Positions 28,801 through 43,500 of a stretch of DNA of 64,000 bases are shown here, piece by piece. A model generated the notes under the pieces. That model was not told the origin of the DNA. It did no database searches and saw only the letters and a program-made list of their open reading frames with translations. Both the position numbers and the translations under genes were made by a program. Position 1 is the stretch's first letter. Every line of letters starts with the position of its first letter. The DNA is from Octopus sinensis (lineage: Eukaryota), in the NCBI RefSeq assembly GCF_006345805.1, contig NC_043003.1, positions 13,206,001-13,270,000 of the forward strand. The letters are read 5' to 3'.

Positions 28801-30764
28801 ACCAAAAGATTATACCATAAATCCTCGGGTATAATCTGCAATTTTTTTCCCAAAATTTAAAGGTCAAAATCCCTAGTGCGTACTATATACGAGGTTAAAA
28901 ATGAAAATTATTTTCTAAGCAATGTCCGGGTCTCTATTTGCTGTCCTGCAATGTTTATTCAGACGCATTTTGTGATGTCGGGTGCAAAAATACCTTAAGC
29001 TAAGCCTGAAAGCAATGAAGTCATAAAAGAATCGTCCATAACTTGCAGTAAGCAACATTTATTAGAATAAAAGTATTCAGAACACAGAATAACATGTAAC
29101 AAAAACAATTTGCAAACATATTTACATTCCCATATAACAGTTAAGAACATCACCATTATTGTATTACGCATGCGCGGAAGTGTTTGTTCGACTAGGTGCT
29201 GCTGACTTAATTATGCACAACTCAAGTTAGAGAAGGAGTGAGTATTATACTCAAGGTTTAGGATTTTCAGAGGTACAGCCCCTTAAAAATCCCCTGCGTA
29301 TTATACTCAAGGGTGGACTATACTCAAAGACTTACAGTAATCATACCTGATCTTGCAGCCTTGAGATTTTGATTATGCGATTGCTTATTTCTAGACTAAC
29401 ATTGCAGGTGAATGTGAGAAGTTGGATCTGGCCCGTTTTTACATAAAACAGGTAGAACATTTTGGCTAGATATGGCCAGTTTAAAAGCTAAAAGCTTAAA
29501 TGCTATATTTGTCAGTTAAAAAAAATTTGCCTGTAGCTTGCTTACCAACCACATGATTCTGGATTCATTCTCACTGCATGGCACCTTGGGCAAGTGTCTT
29601 CTACTATAGCCTCGGGCCGACCAAAGCCTTGTGAGTGGATTTGGTAGATGGAAACTAAAAGAGGCCCATCGTATATATGTATGTGTGTGTGTGCATGTAC
29701 TAGGCTTCCGAAGAATAAGTCCTGGGGTCGATTTGCTCGGCTAAAGGCAGTGCTCCAGCATGGCCGCAGTCAAATGACTGAAACAAGTAAAAGCGTAAAA
29801 ATAGTAATGGGAAGATTTAACTGCTTGACAACAGCAGTCTATATTGATACGCCTTTTTATATACATGCATATTGAGCAATTTATCCAATATTTCTACTGT
29901 TCTAATGACGTCTCTGCAATCAAAAATATATCATCATCTTATTTGTATCTTATGATACACATTTCAGCAATTATATAAAAACAAATATTTGTGTATTTAT
30001 ATTTATATACATGTTGTTGTATGTTTAGTATTGTGGCATCTAAAAAAGCAGAATAATTTGTCGGCAGACAGTTTAGCTTAATGGTAAAGCACTTGTCTGG
30101 AGCCTCCAAGGGATATGGCTTCGAGTCCCGTGACTGTTTGTTGACAAATTTTTCCACTTTGTAAGGGTAATTTACTGCTCTAACAGCATCTCTGCATTCG
30201 AAAATAAACCATCATCTTATTTGTATCTTACAATACACATTTCACTACTTATAAAAAACAAATATTAGTTTGTTTATATTTCTATGCACCTAATTATACA
30301 TACACATGTATGTATACATGTGTGTGTGTGTATGTATGTATGTATGTATGTATGTATGTATGCATGCATGCATGCATACATATATATATATATATAGGGG
30401 GGGGGGAAGTAAGAAGAAAAATAAGCAAAAATGCACATTGGAAATCAAAAAAAGTGAAGGCTTTTTATGAAAAGTAACAATAGATATATACAATTAGATG
30501 AACTGAGGTAGGAATAAATGCAATAAAAGTCATTATTGTGAATTGTTAAAGAGATTTAAAAGCATACCGGTTTCATAAATTTACTAATCATTACTTTGAA
30601 TGCACACCGATTCTCAGTTCATCAAATTGTTTATATCTATCGTTACATTTCATAAAAAGCCTTTACTTGTTTTGTTCTCCAATGTGCAGTTTTGCTAATG
30701 TTTCTTCTTACTTTCCCCTTACATTTCCACGTGTAGTTTCTATTTACTTTTTGTAACATATTTC

Positions 30765-30805
<41 letters not shown>

Positions 30806-31084
30806 AAATAAGAAAATGGAGAAATACATCTAAATCAATTATCAACTACCAGATAATACCCAATCACATACTTAATTAAACCACTACATAAGAACATTAA
30901 GGTCAAACATAATAATATAGAACAAAACAGTGTACATGAGGAGTAATATGATACAATAAGTACAATATGTATAAGAGGATATAAATAAATATAAATATAA
31001 ATATAAATATACACTACATCTTACAGCTGTTTCGGCCATGCAGATAATGGTGTCTCATTTTACTTATATTACCCATGTGTGATA

Positions 31085-31145
<61 letters not shown>

Positions 31146-31170
31146 TTTTATTTCATTTTTTTTTCATTTG

Positions 31171-31217
<47 letters not shown>

Positions 31218-34200
31218 TTACAGATGAAATTCTGACTGGTAAGGTAAAATATATAAAGATACGTAAAACCAATTCCTGTTAAACAGAATATTAATAGTTT
31301 AATCAAATAAAAGAAATAATTCTTTACATTTTTTTTCATCAGCTGATTCAGCAATAGACTGTACATTTGAAAAAGACTATTGCAAATGGACTCATAATAA
31401 ATCTGATGTCTTCCTTTGGCAACGAAAACAAGGCCCAACTGATTCATCAAGCACAGGACCACAAACTGACCACACTTATGGAAACTGTAAGTTTTTTAGT
31501 TAATATGATTAATAAATCCATGGATTCTTGAGTTTTTCTTTGACACAATTCAACAAGGAAGTAATTGTATACTGTCAACTTAATGTGACAGTCCCATGAA
31601 GGGAATAATACTACTGTTATTTAGCCCTAGGAAGCAGCAATGCTTCCTGTCAGCCTTGACACATTTCCTGTGTCCTTATGTTTGCAAGGGGGAGATAAGC
31701 ACCTCCACCCAGCTAAGCCTGCATCCAGAGACTAGTTTCTGAGTTTTTGCTCGTCATCAGTCAGGTGTTTTCTATAAATTTTATGATTTTTACAATTTGG
31801 TAGTTTTTATGGAAGTTGATATCTCATAAGTTTGTTTTTTTTACTATAGTAACTGTGTATGCACGTTTATCACCTTTTATATCAACAAGAATTTCATCAA
31901 ATTATGGATTGGCAAGATGGCAAAATTGTTAACACACTGGGCAAAATGCTTAGCAGTATTCCTTCTTTCCTTGCATTTTGAGTTCAAATTCCACCAAGGT
32001 CGACTTTACCTTCCATCCTTTTGGGGTTGATAAAATAAGTACCAGTTGAGCACTGGGGTTGATGTAATTGACTTACCCACTCTTCGGTGTGAGTATAAAA
32101 TCTGCACCCCTCTACCAAGCCAGTGTGGTAGAGCAGACTCACTAAACCAGTATGATCTGAAGTTCAAATTCACACCCTCTACATCAAATCTTTGTTGGTG
32201 GAGAGAACATACTGAGGCCTTCGTCCTGCAGTGGACTGGACAGGGGCAATACAATCCAATCCAATGATTCTCCTAATAAAATCCAGTGAACTAATCCATG
32301 GTTCACTAACTTCAGATTGCTCTTTTACTTGTTTCAGTTATTTGACTGTGGCCATGTTGGAGCACCACCTTTAGTCAAACAAATCGACCCCAGGACTTAT
32401 TCTTTGTAAGCCTAGTACTTATTCTATCAGTCTCTTTTGCTGAACTGCTAAGTTACGGGGACGTAAACAAACCAGTATCGGTTGTCAAGCGATGTTGGGG
32501 GGATGAACACAGACACACAAACATATTCACACCCATACATATACATATATACACACACACACATATATACGATGGGCTCCTTTCAGTTTCTATCTCCCAA
32601 ATCCACTCACAAGGCTTTAGTCGAACCGAAGCTATAGTAGAAGACACTTGCCAAGGTACCACACAGTGGGACTGAACCCAGAACCATGTGGCTGGTAAGC
32701 AAGCTACTTACCACACAGCAACTCCTACGCCTATGATAAATATATTGATAAATCTCTCTTCACCCTTTTCAAGCCTAGCCAGGCTCGTGAGCCTGGTTTC
32801 CCAGTTTCTGTGGCATATGTGTTCCCCCCCCCCCCAGCTGGACGGGACACCAGTCCATCACAGCATTACTCAAGAAACAAGAAAAGAGAGTGAGAGAAAG
32901 TTGTGGTGCGATAGTTGTTGACAAATAACAGCAGTAATTTTATTCAGCTGAATACACATCATTGATTGGTTGAAATTACCTGATACGAGAAATTTAACGT
33001 GAAATAACTTCGTAAATATAAGTTTTTCTCAAAAATGTTAAGAGTAAAAGATGTTTTATATGACACATTCTACCAGTGCCCGAAGTTTGAAAGTGCTTAG
33101 TTACAAAAAATTATTTTTTAAATCTGTCGGTCAAAAGGTAAAAATCTGATATTTCTTTAGTGAAAACATTTGAATAGAAATAACAATAGTGTCAAACTCC
33201 ATACTTCACCAAAAGCCAGTCACATAAGATTGGCCATTGAAAAGGTGATTACACTGGCAGTGCCCCAGCATGGCCACAGCCTTAAAGCTGAAACATATAA
33301 AAAGAATAAGAGAATAAATGAAATAAAGTTAATTGGCATATTATTTTCTTGCAGCTTCTGGTTATTATATTTATATTGAGACATCACGCCCAAGACGTCA
33401 AGATGACACTGCAAGTTTGATATCATCCCCAATTTCACCGATTTCAAATGGTTGTTTCCGCTTCTGGTATCACATGTATGGCGCTGATGTGGATACGCTA
33501 ACCGTGTACAATGCTAGCGGCAAGAGCCGCTCTCCGTTGTGGAGAAAACAAGGAACGGTTGATGAATTTTGGCACCAAGCGATAATTGAAATTAATTTTG
33601 AGAAAAGCACTCAGGTATATATTACTAATAGGATTTCTGTATATTCTGATGGTGGTGGTGGTGTGGTGGTGGCGGTGGTGGAGGTGAGGATGAGGGCGAT
33701 GGTGGTGGTGGTGGTGGTGGCTGCAGCCATGACAGCAGCAGTGTTAACGGTGGTGTTGGCAGCAGTGGTGACTGCGGCAAAGACGACAGCAGCAGCAACC
33801 GTGGTGGTTGTTATGGTGGCGGTGGTGGTGGTGGTGGTGGTGGTGGGGTGGTGATGGTGGTGGTGGTAGTGGTGGTGGCGGCGGCGGCGGTGATGGTGGT
33901 GGTGGTGATGGTGGTTGTGGTGTTGGTGGTGGTGGTGGTGGTGGTGGTGGTAGTGAAGGAAAAGAAGTGCATGATGTTTAGGGAAAAAAAACATAGGGGT
34001 TTAACCCTTTAGCATTTAAACCAGCCATATCTGGCCAAAATAATCCTCCAGTTTTATCTTCTATGAGTTCCAACCATTTTGCATGATTGGCAATTCTTTA
34101 TGGACCGGTCAACATCCATCCACATCACATGACCACACCAGCATGGTCTTCTCTCTTGCACACTACATCTAATTCCTCTTATACCGAACTTTTCTCTTAG

Positions 34201-36226
34201 TTCACAAGCACTCTGTCACACATGTACACTTGCATTACACCTCCTGTGGAGCATACTAGCCTCATTCCTCTCTAGCCTTCTCATATCCTCTGCATCCAGG
34301 TCCTGCATCTCACTACAAATAGCTGTCCATATACATGTATCGTACAATCTTCCTTTCACTCAGAGAGAGAGAGCTCTTTGGTTGACAACAGAGGTAAAAG
34401 CTCTTAGAATTTTTTCCATCCTATTCTTATTCTAGCTACAACACTCTCCATAAATCCTCTCCCACAACTGATTTGGTCCTCTAGGTTGTAGAAATTGTCT
34501 ATTACCTCTGAAGAAATTCCCAGACATTTCAGAAAACCAATTTCTTTAATTTTTATGGCTCCTGTGCATCTTCCACACGCAAACACTATCTTCTCTGATA
34601 ACCTTCCTACTATTCCCCTGCAACTATTTTTTGCCCACATCTTGCACAGGTACACAGTATGAAATTCTTGTCCATACCTATCCTTCATATTGAGCAAGGC
34701 GATTTACCCGAAGAGGATAGGATCCTGTCTGTTTTCTTACTTACTAAATTCTTAGTCTTGCTAAGTTAGCCTTAAAGCCATTTTTTTGATTCCAGGTTTT
34801 GCTTCCACACCTGGAATTTCTTTTCTAGCTCTGATATAGTATAAGGCAAGGTCATTGGCATATAGAAGTTCCCAGGACCTACAGTCTTGAAGTCCTCTGT
34901 TATGGCCTAGAGGACAATGATAAAAAGGAGGGAACTGAACACTGAGCCTTATCGAAATAATAAAACAAAAGGATATTTTGTGTATTACTTCACATGTTTC
35001 CTTGAAATTCTTATTTAGAACACAGGTAAATTATCATCATCATCATCATCATCATCGTTTAATGTCCGTTTTCCACGCTAGCACGGGTTGGACAGTTCGA
35101 CCAGGGTCTGGGAAGCCAGGGGCTGCACCAGGCTCCAGTCTGATCTGGCAGAGTTTCTACAGCTGGATGCCCTTCCTAACGCCAACCACTCCGCGAGTGT
35201 AGTGGGTGCTTTTTACGTGCCACCTGCACAGGTGCCAGGGGGGTCCGGCATCGGCCACGATCGGTTGGAGCTTTTAACGTGCCACCGGCACGGAAGCCAG
35301 CAATGGCCAGCAACGGCCACGTTCGGATGGTGCTTTTTATGTGCCGAATTGCCAGCCAAGTGTGGCGTCCTATACAGGATAGTGCTACTGACATTTATAG
35401 CCCCAGGAAGACATCTTCTCCAACTGGCTAACGACACACATTCTGTGTCCGATTAGTATTTGCGATGAGAGGTCATCGCTCCCATCTCTAGCCTTATAGG
35501 ATACAAACGAAGTCGAGTCTCTGGAGGGTTACTCATCTCAGCATGTGTTAATCAAAAGCTAGTGATGGAAATTATGTAGAACACAGGTAGATTATATAGA
35601 ATACAGGTAAATTATGTATCTTCACAATTAACAATTTACATCATTCACATTATACAAATTTTCTCTTTTCTTCTCTTCATTCCTTTCTGTAGAAGATTGC
35701 AGGCTCAAAACATCAAAAACTCTTCCATTTTTCCTGACATCAAACAAATACAACCTCCTTGCTGTTCCCTCACCTATCCTATCATCATCATCATCATTTA
35801 ACGTCCGTTTTCCGCGCTAGCACGGGTTGGACGGTTCGACCGGGGTCTGGGAAGCCAGGGGCTGTTCCAGGCTCCAGTCTGATCTGGCAGAGTTTCTACG
35901 GCTGGATGCCCTTCCTAACGCCAACCACTCCGCGAGTGTAGTGGGTGCTTTTTACGTGCCACCTGCACAGGTGCCAAGGGGGGGTCCGGAATCGGCCACG
36001 ATTGGTTGGAGCTTTTAACGTGCCAGCGGCACGGAAGCCAGCCAGGGCGGAGCTGGCAACGTTCGGATGGTGCTTTTTATGTGCCACCGGCACAGAAGCT
36101 AGTCGGAGCGGCGCTGGCATCGGCCACGTTCTGATGGTGCTTTTTATGTGCCACCGGCACAGAAGCCAGTCAGAGCGGCGCTGGCATCGGCCACGTTCGG
36201 ATGGTGCTATTTATGTGCCACCTGTG

Positions 36227-36265
<39 letters not shown>

Positions 36266-36802
36266 ATATATATAGGTACAGGGCACTGTCTCCACTGTCC
36301 TGTTTTTGATCCTAAGTTTGATCTACCATAAATCCCAAATTTTATTTTGGCATTTATGGGAGCAACTGTCTTCAAAGACTCTCGTTGATTGCTTGGCATG
36401 GGGAATAGATAGACAGCCAACAACTGATGAAGGTTCATTCTTTGTATTACTCATCTTTCTTTTATCTCTTCTTATTTGTGTATTTAACTCATTTGTTTTC
36501 ATATTTCATGTTGTTTACAGTTGGTGACATCCTGTACCCATATATGCGTATATATACAAGGCGGCAAGCTGGCAGAAACATTAGCGCGCCGGGCGAATTG
36601 ATTAGCGGTATTTCGTCTGTCATTACGGTCTGAGTTCAAATTCTGCCGAGGTCGACATTGCCTTTCATCCTTTCGGGGTCGATAAATAAAGTACCAGTTT
36701 TGTACTGGGGTCAATGTAATCGACTTAATCCCCTTCTCTGTCCTATGTTTAGCCCCTTGTGGGCAGTAAGGAAATATATATGCATATATATATATATATT
36801 AT

Positions 36803-36854
<52 letters not shown>

Positions 36855-37041
36855 GAAGGAGCTTCTACAGGACTAGAACTGTTTCATTCAAGAGAAATCT
36901 TCAGGAAGCTTCCTGAAGATTTCTCTTGAATGAAACAGTTCTAGTCCTGAAGAAGCTCCTTCTATATAATAAATTAATTTTACTCTGCTATGTATTGAGT
37001 ACCTTATTTACTGTGGTTAACCCCGAATCAACCGGGGACCT

Positions 37042-37103
<62 letters not shown>

Positions 37104-37122
37104 AATATATATATATATATGC

Positions 37123-37157
<35 letters not shown>

Positions 37158-37252
37158 ATAAATATATATACACACACACACACACATATATATACGTATA
37201 TATTATTTATATTATTCTTTAATTGAACGCAACGCATCCATTTCCAAGTATA

Positions 37253-37285
<33 letters not shown>

Positions 37286-37319
37286 TATATATATATATAT
37301 TATATATATATATTATATA

Positions 37320-37378
<59 letters not shown>

Positions 37379-37520
37379 CGTTAGGAAGGGCATCCAGCCG
37401 TAGAAACACTGCCAGATCTGACTGGGCCTGACGAAGCCTTCCAGCTTCACAGACCCCAGTTGACCCGTCCAACCCATGCTAGCATGGAAAGCGGACGCTA
37501 AATGATGATGATGATGATGA

Positions 37521-37554
<34 letters not shown>

Positions 37555-40500
37555 TATATATGTATTTATGTATGTATTTAAACAAACAAATATAAACATT
37601 TCTTTTTATTGAAACACTGAAACACTTCATAAGGATTAACTGTCTTTTTTTTTACAGATTGTGCTTGAAGGGAAACGTGGAAAGAGCTTCTCTGGAGATA
37701 TTTCAATTGATGATGTATCTTTTTCAAAGAAGCAGTGTCCAAGTTCAAGTGGTAAGAAAGCTACTGTATTATTTTTTAAAGTTATTCTTAACAATTTAAG
37801 AATTCATTTCATATCCCCTGTTACATTTTATATTACAGTTTGCTAACTACTCTGCTATTGGTTTGTTTGTTTTTTTAATTTCCGACAGACCGATAACTGG
37901 CTCACTGCGTGTCTGACATTGGGAGTGATAAGGAATTGTCACAGCTTTTTTTTTTACACACACACATGCACACACATCATCATCATCATCATCATCATCT
38001 TCATCATCATCATCATCAAGATCTCTTGACTTAGTGGTTTTTTAACTGCCTGATGAGATCTAACTAAATTTTTATATCAGGTCAAGAAATTGTGTAAATT
38101 CTACACAGTTGCTTGACCTGCTAGAAATAACAGCATATTACTTATCTCTCACTTTATTTTAAGAACAATTACTAGTTTTCTCATGTATAATATAATTGGA
38201 AATGCAATGGCCCAGTGGTTAGGGCAGCAGTCTCGCAGTCATAGGATCACGGTTTCGATTCCCAGACCAGGTGTTGTGAGTGTTTATTGAGCAAAAAAAA
38301 CATAAAGCTCCATGAGACACCAGCAGGGGCTGGTGGCGAAACCTGCTGTACTCTTTCACCACAACTTTCTCTCACTCTTTCTTCCTGTTTCTGTTGTACT
38401 TGTATTTCAAAGGGGCCAGCCTTGTCACACTCTGTGTCACGCTGAATCTCCCCGAGAACGTTAAGGATACATGTGTCTGTGGAATGCTCAGCCACTTGCT
38501 CGTTAATTTCATGAGCAGGCTGTTCCGTTGATTGGATCAACTGGAACCTTCATTGTCATAACCAATAGAGTGCCACGATATATAATTAATTACGACTATA
38601 GGTAAAATTTAGTATGCTAATTATATTACTTCAGTGACCCCCACTCACTGCCCTCTAAAGTCTAACACCTCCTTTGACCTTTGACATGCACACTACCTCC
38701 TTGAGGTCAATACCAACCATGTTGAAAACCTGTGTCTAAACTGATGCAGCCGGTCATCGGGGTGCCACTCTAAGCACTTTAGTAGTCAGCCATTGCTACT
38801 GGTCCCTGTTCTGTTATGCATAGCAGGTTCACAGTGCTGTGACCTGTCCTTGATGTTGTCAAACCAGGAGTTTCTCAATCTTCCTTTCTTTCCACCCTCC
38901 CAAAACATTTCCCTGAAGAATGGTTTTGGCAGAGAATTGTAGCACAATACATGACTGTACCAGTCAAGCTTTTATTCTTTTTTACCTGTACAAGGAATGG
39001 TTCCTGTCTGCCAGAGTATTCATTGACTTACTGCTTGACGATGTTATTTTGTTTTGTATCCACAGCAAATTGATTTATACATAAACCTGAAGAGTCGATA
39101 TTTTCCAGTATTGCTAGAATAAAACCAATTCTATATATTATCCTATATTTTATGTAATAATATCCCAGCAATTATCTTCTGGCAAAGTGTTGATGAAACA
39201 GTTGTAGAATTATGCAATAAAGTGAGTTGCTCCTTAATAAGCCCTATGGATATATATGTATTTTCAGGTATATTATCAGTAAAGCAATCCATTTTCATTG
39301 TATAGTAGTATCTGATAGCCAATGCCTGTGGATAGGCTTTATAAAGTAAACTCCAAGAGAAAATGGAATTAATCCATATGGGTATTAAGAGCACCATCCA
39401 AGCGTGATCGTTGCCAGAGCAGCTATCTGGCCTCCATGCCGGTGGCACGTAAAAGACACCATTCGAGCAGGATCATTACCAGCATCACCTTACTGGCACC
39501 TGTGTCGGTGGCATATGTAAAAGATTCGAGCGAGATCATTGCCAGTACCACCTGACTGGACCCATGCCGGTGGCACATAAAAGCGCCCACTACAATCTCG
39601 GAGTGGTTGGCGTTAGGAAGGGCATTCAGCTGCCAGATCAAGATTGAAGCGTAGTGCAGCCTTCTGGTTCGCCAGCCCTTAGTCATTTGTCCAACCCATG
39701 CTAGCATGAAAAGTGGACGTTAAACAATGATGATGATGATGATACATACATACATACATATATATATATAACATCATCATCATTATTATCAACATCATCA
39801 TCATCATCATCATCACTTAACGTCCTCTCTCCATGATGGCATGGGTTAGACAGTTTGACTGGAGCTGGTAAACTGGAGAACTGCACCAGGTTCCAGTTTG
39901 TTTTGGAATGGTTTCTACAGCTGGATACCCTTCCTAATGCCAACCCCTCCAGGAGTGTAATGGGTGCATTTACACACAACCGGCATGGATGTCATTTACA
40001 TGACACTAGCAACAACCATGACTATGATTCATGGGTGGGTGCCATTTACATGGCACTGACAACAACTACGACTACAAGGCACAGGTGCCATTTACATGGC
40101 TCCAACCATAACTACAATTCATGGGTGCCATTTACATATATATGCGTGTGTGTGTGTGTGTATGTATATATATATATATCACTGTGATCACCATGACCGA
40201 CCAGGCTATCAGATGGTCACAATGCTGGTCACAATGCGCTTCGCATTGTTTTAGCTTTCAAATGACGCCACCCCGCTGGCTAAGCAAGCAGGCCGACAGA
40301 AGAAAGAGTGAGATAAAGTTGTGGTGAAAGAGTACAGCAGGGGTCACCACCACACCCCTGCCGGAGACTCATGGAGCTTTAGGTGTTTTCGCTCAATAAA
40401 CACTCACAACGCCTGGTCTGGGAATCAAAACCACGATCCTCCGACCGCGAGTCTACTGCCCTAACCACTGGGCCATTGCGCCTCCATATATATTCCCAGA

Positions 40501-43500
40501 TCAGGCGTTGTGTGTGTTTATTGAGCGAAAACACGCAAAAGGTCCACGAGGATCCGGCAGGGGGTGGGGGTGACCCCTGTTGTACTCTTTCGCCACAACT
40601 TTCTCTCACGCTCTCTTCCTGTTTCTTGAGTAACGCTGCGATGGACTGGTGTCCCATGCATCTGGGGGGAACACATATGCCATAAAAACTGGGAAACTGG
40701 GCCCATGAGCCTAGCTAGGTTTGAAAAGGGTGACAAATATATGTATATATATATATATATAAGAAAATAATAGGAAATAATTTTTATTCTCAAACACTTG
40801 TCCACAGACAAACAAACAAACAAACAAATGCGACTGAAAACAATACCTCCACCTTCGCTAAGGTTGAGGTAATAATGACAATTGTGTTAATGTTATGATA
40901 ATGTTATGATAATGTTATGTTTCTGTTATGTTAATACTATAGTGTTGATAATGATATTTTTGTCTTAATTTAAATTCTTTTTCTTCTCTTAATAGATTTC
41001 CTCTGTGACTATGAAGAAACATCTATTTGCGGATTTGTGCAGTCCCAAAAGGATAAATTTGACTGGGTTAGACAACAAGGTGCATCTTATTCCAGAAATA
41101 GTGGTCCTTCTAGTGATCACACCTTTGGAACTTGGCAAGGTAAACACAGACTATGACATATATTATTCTTAACTAGCAGTATCGCCCGGCGTTGCTCGGG
41201 TTTGTAAGGGAAAAAACTATATAAGCATTTTTAGAGGGTTATAGCCAAAAAATAGCAAAAAAATGCATCAAAAATGGAAAAAAAATGATGGTAATTTTTT
41301 TTTTAAATCGTTGACTCATCGTAGACATTTTTAGAGAGTTACTTCCCTTATATAATAGCGAAAAAAATGCATTAAAATGGAAAAAAATGATGGTAAATTT
41401 TTTTTTAAATCGTAGGCTCATCGTAGACGCGCGCTAATACCCAGAAGGGCTCGATATGAATCACGACTATAAGATACCCGCTTTTGATTAAACTGCACTG
41501 CAAAATGTGGGAGTAGTTAGGAATCTAAATCGTAGGAGACAGACACACAACCTTACTTTTATATATAAAGATATAATGTGAAAAATAATCACTTTTATTT
41601 TAATTTTTCACTAGCAGTGTCGCTCGGCGTTTCTTGGGTTTGTTTCGACCCTTTAGAATTGAAATTTTTGAAAAGTAAAAATTTTGCATTATGTAGCTTG
41701 TTATTCTCTTTAAGTGAACATTTTTCTGGTTGAAATACACCAAAAAATGGCGATACAGCAGTAAAAAAAGTGTAAAGAATAGGGATTTTCATAGAAAAAA
41801 AGCACCTTTTTGATGTAAATAATTTTTGGTGTTAACATGGTCCGATTTTAATTTTTTCTTCTACTGAATGAAGAGCAAGCCTTCTTCTGTCATACTCTCA
41901 ATCTTAGTCAACTTGTGTCACAGGGTCTTTGAGGAGATAGTGTTAGTTGAAGGCTACCAAACCTGCCACACACAGACAACTTCAGCTTTATATATATAGA
42001 GATTATAACTGGCATGACTGTGTGGTAAGAAGCTAGCATCTCTACCACATGGTTCTGGGTTCAGTCCCACTGTGTGGCACCTTGGGCAAGTGTCTTTTAC
42101 TATAGCTTTGAACCAATCAAAACCTTGCGAGTGGATTTGTTAAAGGAAACTAAAAGAAGCCCATCATATATATGCGTGTATGTGTGTGTCTTTTGTGTAT
42201 GTGTTTGTCTCCCACCACAGCTTGACAATCAGTGTTGATTTGTTTACATCCCTGTAACTTAGCGATTTGGCAAAAAGACCGCTAGAATATGTATCAGGCT
42301 TAAAAAATAAAGTACCAGTCTGGGAATCAAAACCACGATCCTCCGACCGCAAGTCCGCTGCCCTAACCACTGGGCCATTGCGCCTCCACTATACATATAT
42401 GCTGGAGTGTTTACGTCCCTGTAACTTAGTGGTTCGGCAAAAGAGACCGATAGAATAAGTACTAGGCTTACAAAGAATAAGTCCTGGAGTCGATTTGCTC
42501 GACTAAAAGGCGGTGCTCCAGCATGGCCACAGTCAAATGGCTGAAACAAGTAAAAAAGTAAAAGAAAGAGTATATAATGAAAAATGGCTGTGCAGCCACA
42601 AGACAGGAAAATATGAGGTAACTTATATAGGGTAAAGACCCCCTCTGGTGATGGTGGTGGTGGTGGTGGTGGTGGTGGTGGTGGTGGTGGTGGTGGTGGT
42701 GGTGGTGGTGGTGGTGGTGGTGGTGGTGGTGATGGTGGTGGTGGTGGTGGTGATGATATAGTTTTCATAAGTACCTGTTTTTTTTTTTGTTTTTTTTTAC
42801 TTTTTAGGGCACTACATGTATATTAAGTCAGTTACTCATGGCACTGGTGACAACGCAATCCTGCAAAGTCCAGAATATAAATCAACTGGTGGAAAATGTG
42901 CCAATTTCTGGTATCATATGTACGGCAGTCAAATCGGCCAACTGAAAGTTCATTTAAAAACACCAGTCAGCAAACAGTTACTTTGGAAACGACATCATGC
43001 TCAAGGAAACTTTTGGTCATTAGCCCAAGTAAAAATCGCCTTCTCCGGAACATTCCACTTGGAGTTTGAAGCAATCACTGAGAAAGGAAGCCAAGGTAAC
43101 ATTGCCATTGATGATTTCAGTCTGACTGAAGGGCAATGTCCAAAAGCTGGTAAGTAACATCAGAATAATTTTTAACCCTTTAGCATTTAAGCCAGCCATA
43201 TCCAACTCAAATATTCTGTACGGTCCTTGATGTTGTCAAGCCAGGAGTTTCTCAGTCTTCCTCTCTTTCCACCCTCCCAAAACATTTCCCTGAAGAATGG
43301 TTTTGGCAGAGAATTGTAGCACAATACATGAGTGTACCAGGCAAGCTTTTATTCTTTTTTACCTGTACAAGGAATGGTTCCTGTCTGCCAGAATATTCAT
43401 TGACTTACTGCCTGACAATGCTATTTTGTTTTGTATTCACAGCAAATTGATTTATACATAAACCTGAAGAGTCGATATTTTCCAGTATTGCTAGAATAAA

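Noticed and set aside
30520-30610. Minus-strand GAAACCGGUA with GCA/UGC stem in the spacer of the 30420-30720 inverted repeat
   Set aside because: The CUGANGA core is unrecognisable, so it is too decayed to call; it was counted only as a palindrome.
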